Virus record (IMG/VR): IMGVR_UViG_3300043464_002365
Coordinates: 9,877-73,876 of that record
Strand: one strand, 5' to 3'
Length of the DNA: 64,000 bases
Origin: a virus
The first letter of the stretch is position 1; every line of letters begins with the position of its first letter. The notes below the pieces were generated by a model that made no database searches, was not told the DNA's origin, and was given only the letters and a program-made list of their open reading frames with translations. Position numbers and translations under genes: made by a program. Positions 59,345 to 64,000 of the stretch are shown piece after piece.

Positions 59345-60047
59345 CTACACAATTTATGCCGTGTGCATTCCTGGCGAGAAAGTGCGCTATGAAGCCCGCT
59401 CTTCCATTGTTCCCATTATGGGAGGAGCGTATGCCTTATCGAGCGAGGAGCGTGAAGCGCTCCGCTTACAGGGCTATGTGTTTGATGATGAGAATGCTTC
59501 CCTTTCGCGGCTTAATGGCCGATGGGGAGAGCTATCTTGTATTTCTTGGATGATTCTCAATGCGAATGAGAAAAACATTGGCAATGCGCAATACAGGCGT
59601 AATTGGCTAGAGCCAAATGATCAATGGTACGACGAAAATACGTTGTATTTTCCTGAGCCCGCATTGTTCAATTGCACGCTGGAGCAGCAGTTTTATGGTG
59701 GACATTCAGCTTTTGACGCTCCTGTCATCACTAGAGAGCTTGCCGATTCCGGGAGTTGGATTTTCTCTCGTGAAGAAATTGATGCCATTTGGAGGCAAAA
59801 TAGCTTTATTGGCTGCAATATGGCACGAGGAGGCAACGTGCAATACAAGCAATTCATGAGCGCTCTGTTTGTCGCGCTTGCTCCCATTTGGCATAAGCAC
59901 GAAGAGCAGTTTCTTCGCATTGGAGGCTATGACAAGCGAGCGTTGGCCTTTATTGCCGAGCGTCTTATTACTGGCATGGTTTTGTATCGCGACAAGCTTT
60001 TCCCTGGCATGAGCATTGCCACTGCTCCGATAGGATTCATCCATTGA
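59331..60047 (+). CDS. DUF4422-like glycosyltransferase-associated protein
   Basis: N..WGELS..W, IG.AQYRR, NM, R..AFIAERL. Confidence 0.7.
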   Translation: MQPSDYTIYAVCIPGEKVRYEARSSIVPIMGGAYALSSEEREALRLQGYVFDDENASLSRLNGRWGELSCISWMILNANEKNIGNAQYRRNWLEPNDQWYDENTLYFPEPALFNCTLEQQFYGGHSAFDAPVITRELADSGSWIFSREEIDAIWRQNSFIGCNMARGGNVQYKQFMSALFVALAPIWHKHEEQFLRIGGYDKRALAFIAERLITGMVLYRDKLFPGMSIATAPIGFIH

Positions 60048-60074
60048 TTATGCTTAAGGAAAGCATTTAGCGCT

Positions 60075-60673
60075 ATGACCAAGAAGGAAAAGCAGGCAAA
60101 AATTGCTAAAACTATGCGCGAATTTAAAAGCGGCAAGCTGAAGAGCAGCAGTGGCGAAGCCGTGAAGAGTCCGAAACAAGCGCTGGCAATTGCCCTGTCA
60201 CAAGCCGGTATGTCCCGCAAACCTAAGGAGGATATGAGCGACGAATATTACATGGGCTTCTTCAAAGAAATGGCAGGCGAGGAGGAAGAGGAGGAAATGG
60301 ATGGGAGCTGCGGAAAAAAGCGCTGAGGGGAGACGCTGAGAGTTTCTCCCCTCCTGCTGCCGTGCGAAGCGCTGCCCGTCGAGGACTAGAACTGCGAAAG
60401 AAGCATGGCAAAGGCGGCTTAACAACGCAGGAAGCAGGCAAGCAAGGCATTGGTAGCGGCGTTGCCAGGGCCGGTGATTTAGCTGGTGGCAGCAAGATCA
60501 GCTATGCCACGATCAAACGTATGTCTGCATTCTTCTCTCGTCACGAGAAGAATAAAAGTGGTGGAGAGAACGATGCTGGATATATTGCTTGGTTGCTATG
60601 GGGAGGAGATGCCGGGAGGGCATGGGCTAAACGCATCATTAAGATGGTAGAAAGTCGTAATACAGGCCAATGA
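60075..60673 (+). CDS. basic head-associated protein (60075-60326; DUF6496-like), extended by -1 frameshift into 60320-60673
   Basis: KI.K.MREFKSGKL.SSSG..VKS.KQA.AIALS; A_AAA_AAG at 60314-60320 plus downstream hairpin. Confidence 0.75.
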
Positions 60674-60981
60674 GCGAATACGTGCGTGTCATCGAACAAG
60701 AAGATGAAGGCATTGACGTGATGCAGGCTTTGGCCATTCTTTCTGCTAACGAGCACCGCAATACTTCGCGATGGGAACTAGTGGAGAAGCAATGCTTCAA
60801 GAATGGCCGCCTTGACGAAACTCACATCTATGTGATGAGCGTCTACGAAAAGCCCGACCCTCATTTCGATCCGACTAAGTTTCTTACGTTTGAAATTGAG
60901 GCAATGGCGAAGTCATATATTATGGAGGACCTTGAGAATCAGCTTCGCGAGATTCGGGATGACGACGACGACGAGGATTAA
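60670..60981 (+). CDS. acidic hypothetical protein
   Basis: Overlaps the preceding stop codon. Confidence 0.55.
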   Translation: MSEYVRVIEQEDEGIDVMQALAILSANEHRNTSRWELVEKQCFKNGRLDETHIYVMSVYEKPDPHFDPTKFLTFEIEAMAKSYIMEDLENQLREIRDDDDDED

Positions 60982-61262
60982 TCTCTTCGCGTGTTGAGAA
61001 TAAACGAGGGGTAGCCCATCAGCCACAATACGCTTATTCCATAGAGACCACTGAGAGTGCGAATTTGCACGCAATCCGGAGCCAGTTCAGCGCGTTCCAT
61101 TCGCGAATAAGAGCTTTGGCTTGTATGCAAAGCTTGAGCTACGTCCTTTTGAGAAAGCCCGCTATTAAGGCGGGCTTCTTTAATGCGAGAAGCGATGAGA
61201 AGGCGAGCCTGTTGGTGAGGCATCTTAAGCACGTCCACGTCGCTTTTCTTGAGCAGCATCAT
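60978..61262 (-). CDS. XRE-family HTH regulator
   Basis: RIKEAR..SGLSQKDVAQAL..SQSSYSRMER. Confidence 0.88.
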   Translation of the reverse strand: MMLLKKSDVDVLKMPHQQARLLIASRIKEARLNSGLSQKDVAQALHTSQSSYSRMERAELAPDCVQIRTLSGLYGISVLWLMGYPSFILNTRRD

Positions 61263-61792
61263 CGTTTCAGCTCCATCCGTTTAGCCGTCCACCCCTTGTG
61301 GTGGCGGCGTTCACCTTTTGCAACTTTGTCTATATTTTGATGCGTTAATTTGTGGTCTCTACAAAATTCCCTTAAATTGATTGTCACATGAATGCTGCCA
61401 CTGGGGGACACAAGCTTATAGAAGAAACCTTTCGAGCCAGCCCTTTGACTCTTGGAGATTTTTGAACGGCGCTGCTGCTCTTCGACTGGCGTAAGCACTT
61501 TTGTCAAATCACCATGCCAGCAAAAGCGAGATGAAGTCTGCTTGGCTTGATTTGCAAAATGCGGATTTTTGCCTACTTCGTAAAAATCATGAAGTATTAC
61601 TTCGTGTCTTAACGCCTCTTCTGCCGTATCAAAAACACCGAGAACAATTTTATTTGTAGGCTTAAAAGTCTTGTCCTTAAAGCTGCCCATGTATGGATCT
61701 TCGCTTGGCGGAGCCTTGGATGAGCGCTTGCCAATATAGCCTCGACCCCACTCCTCGTACGAGTAGTAGACGTAATGCCAGCGCCTCTCCAT
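61259..61792 (-). CDS. GIY-YIG (Seg-like) homing endonuclease
   Basis: HYVYYSYEEWGRGYIG.R, YMGS, F.NQA; C-terminal HHKGW. Confidence 0.85.
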   Translation of the reverse strand: MERRWHYVYYSYEEWGRGYIGKRSSKAPPSEDPYMGSFKDKTFKPTNKIVLGVFDTAEEALRHEVILHDFYEVGKNPHFANQAKQTSSRFCWHGDLTKVLTPVEEQQRRSKISKSQRAGSKGFFYKLVSPSGSIHVTINLREFCRDHKLTHQNIDKVAKGERRHHKGWTAKRMELKR

Positions 61793-61849
61793 AGTCAGTC
61801 CTGAATAACTGTACAAATCATAAACGATGTTTGTTGGTAAAGTTAATAC

Positions 61850-63043
61850 ATGGACACCTTAAACGGCTTCCGCTACGACGTTTCCACCATCCAGAACTAC
61901 ACGTTCACGGATGAGGGCTATTTGCGTGTCAAAGCGCGGATAGCCCGCACTGGTATTCAGTCTTATACGGATGCGAACGGAGGCGTCCGCTTGGAGTATA
62001 GGCCCGAAGAGGAAGTGGCTGCCACTGAGGCGCTAGATAGTTTTCGGGAAAAATGTGTCACAAAAGAGCATCCTCCGGTGCTTCTTGACGCATTGAACAC
62101 AAAAGACTACGCAGTTGGTTTTACCAGCGCGGACGTCTCCTACTCCGATGGCTTTGTTGAAAGCACTCTGACTGTCACGGACAAAGAGACAATCGACTCA
62201 ATCATGCGCGGAGACGTGCGTGAAGTATCGTGCGGTTACAGGGTGGACTATAGTCCCGAGCCAGGAATTACTTCTGATGGCCAACATTACGATGGCATTC
62301 AGCGGAACATTCGTGGCAATCACGTTGCTATTGTCAACAGGGCTAGAGGTGGGGCGCAAGTGCGTCTCATGCTTGATTCAGCGGATGCCGCTGTCGAAGA
62401 CCTTCTATCCTCTACAGGAGTAAAAATGACCGCCAACATTGCGTTTGACGGCGTTTCGTATGAGGCTGATGCAGCTCTTGCTGCTGCTATCGTTGCCGAG
62501 CGTGAAGACGCGAAAGGTAGCTACGCCGATATGAAGCGTCAATATGAAGATGCCATGGCACAAGCTGAAAAGCTTAAGTCCGAAATGGACGCCATGGAAA
62601 AGGAAATGAAGGGCAAGTGTGATTCCGCTGAGGGTCGCGCTGATGCTCTAGCTGAGCAAGTGGAAGAGCTTTCCGCTGAACTCGCTGCTGCCAAGGAAAT
62701 CAATCTTGATTCCATGGTGGAAGAGCGCGTTGCTCTCATCGAGAAGGCTAAGCCCGTTCTTGATGCAGCTTATGCTTTCGCTGGCAAAACTGCTCGCGAA
62801 GTGATGGTTGATTCCATCAAAGCAGTGCGTGGTGACGAGCTTGATCTTTCCGAGAAGAGCGACGACTACGTGCAAGCAATGTTTGATACTCTCGCTGAGG
62901 GTCGCAAAGATTCTGCTACCACTGATGAGCTGCGCAAAGCCGTAGCTTCCATTGCTTCTCCCGTTTCTGCACCTTCGTCCTACATGGACATGCTGCAGAA
63001 TGCCTGGAAGAAGCCTCTTTCCATCTCTAAGGAGGCTAAGTAA
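61850..63043 (+). CDS. DUF2213 prohead protease/scaffold
   Basis: TDEGYL...IARTGIQ.Y, T.EHP, EVSCGY, NHVAIV.RARGG; C-terminal coiled coil. Confidence 0.9.
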   Translation: MDTLNGFRYDVSTIQNYTFTDEGYLRVKARIARTGIQSYTDANGGVRLEYRPEEEVAATEALDSFREKCVTKEHPPVLLDALNTKDYAVGFTSADVSYSDGFVESTLTVTDKETIDSIMRGDVREVSCGYRVDYSPEPGITSDGQHYDGIQRNIRGNHVAIVNRARGGAQVRLMLDSADAAVEDLLSSTGVKMTANIAFDGVSYEADAALAAAIVAEREDAKGSYADMKRQYEDAMAQAEKLKSEMDAMEKEMKGKCDSAEGRADALAEQVEELSAELAAAKEINLDSMVEERVALIEKAKPVLDAAYAFAGKTAREVMVDSIKAVRGDELDLSEKSDDYVQAMFDTLAEGRKDSATTDELRKAVASIASPVSAPSSYMDMLQNAWKKPLSISKEAK

Positions 63044-63045
63044 TT

Positions 63046-63606
63046 ATGGCCGTAACTTTCTCTGCTTCGGGCACCGCCTCCGCTGGTGGCGTGCAACAGA
63101 GCTACGCTCTGGAGCATGCTGCACTGCTGGAAGGTCAACTGTCTGACATCCGCGACAACACCATCGGCACCTACGTCAACCAGACTGGCGCTGTTGTTCC
63201 CTTTGGCAATCTGGCTGTGTACAACACTGCTGGTACCATCGCCAATTCTGCCACTACCATTTCTGGCGCTTCTGACACTGTGCTGGGCGTTAACGTCCTC
63301 ACCTATGTTGATGAAACCGCCCTCGACAGCAACAGCCGTCCTGGTGTGAAGAATCAGCAAGCCATGAACGTGGCTAACGAAGGTGCAGTGGCCGTCTACG
63401 TGACCGGTGCTGTTACTCCCGCATCGCCCGTGCGTGTGCTGTATTCCGCTAGTGGCACTGGCAAGGCTGGTCAGTTCTCCCATGCTTTTGCATCGGGCAA
63501 AACTGTGCGCCTCGCTAACGCTCGTTTCCTCACCTCCACCACTGGCAGCGGTCTCGCTGTTCTGGAGCTGAACGGTCCGAGCTTCACCCTCTCTGCTGAT
63601 TCTTGA
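63046..63606 (+). CDS. head decoration/cement protein
   Basis: Lies between protease and capsid; VPFG..V, G.VAV pattern. Confidence 0.75.
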   Translation: MAVTFSASGTASAGGVQQSYALEHAALLEGQLSDIRDNTIGTYVNQTGAVVPFGNLAVYNTAGTIANSATTISGASDTVLGVNVLTYVDETALDSNSRPGVKNQQAMNVANEGAVAVYVTGAVTPASPVRVLYSASGTGKAGQFSHAFASGKTVRLANARFLTSTTGSGLAVLELNGPSFTLSADS

Positions 63607-63622
63607 TAGGAGGCTCTTAACA

Positions 63623-64000
63623 ATGTCTGAATTCCGTATGGATGATGCGGGCCTGTTCCTTGAGCGTCAGCTTGAGTACATTCGCCCCCAAGTTTTTGAA
63701 GTGCAGTATGCGGATATTAAATATCCCACTGTTCTGCCCGTCACTGCTGAAGCTGGTCCTGGCGCCCAGACCTTCACCTATCGCATCATGGACTCCACTG
63801 GTGAGTTCCGTCTGATTGCTGACGCTGCTGATGATCTGCCCCGCGCTGACATCAGCCAAGTGGAGAAGAGCATCAACATTCGTTCCTTCGGTGGTAGCTT
63901 CGGTTACACCGTACAGGAACTGCGTGCTGCTCAAATGGCCAACATCGCCCTTGAGCAGCGTCGTGCTGCTGCTGTGCGTCGTGCCTATGAAGAGAAGGTG
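63623..64000 (+). CDS. major capsid protein (DUF2184/encapsulin-like HK97 fold), truncated by window end
   Basis: MSEFRMDDAGLFLERQLEYI...DDLPRAD...GYTVQELRAA; AGGAGG RBS. Confidence 0.9.
   Translation, partial: MSEFRMDDAGLFLERQLEYIRPQVFEVQYADIKYPTVLPVTAEAGPGAQTFTYRIMDSTGEFRLIADAADDLPRADISQVEKSINIRSFGGSFGYTVQELRAAQMANIALEQRRAAAVRRAYEEKV

Noticed and set aside
50224-61792. Group I introns or inteins around the GIY-YIG genes
   Set aside because: Neighbouring terL, portal and DUF2213 genes are uninterrupted, so the endonucleases appear free-standing.

Overview
This is about 64 kb of a long-tailed (siphovirus-type) cyanophage genome. The host is most likely a picocyanobacterium, inferred from cyanobacterial regulatory signals and a cyanophage-type class I RNR. 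The window begins in the tape-measure gene and ends in the major capsid gene. Gene order: tail tip and fibre genes (1-14.5 kb), lysis, nucleotide metabolism and recombination (thyX, dcd, exonuclease, Sak3-like SSAP, SSB), a primase-helicase, then about 11 kb of small early genes behind repeated promoters carrying HLR1 (RpaB-box)-like repeats. A repeat-rich non-coding region follows at 38.3-39.3 kb (probable genome end or origin). Next is an unusual cassette at 39.3-41.4 kb: a sigma70 promoter, a cyanobacterial rRNA-type boxA, a tRNA-like leader, and three acidic, Lys-poor genes written in a GAG/CTC-saturated sequence, the first of which resembles the T7 Ocr DNA mimic. After that come nrdAB, a structured RNA with a degenerate tRNA, a glutamine-II riboswitch with its DUF4278-like peptide, the terminase, the portal, a 7-gene sugar-modification/glycosyltransferase cluster inside the head module, a -1 programmed frameshift, a DUF2213 protein, a decoration protein and the capsid. 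All family assignments come from motif recognition by eye, and all counts are hand counts. No database searches were run.
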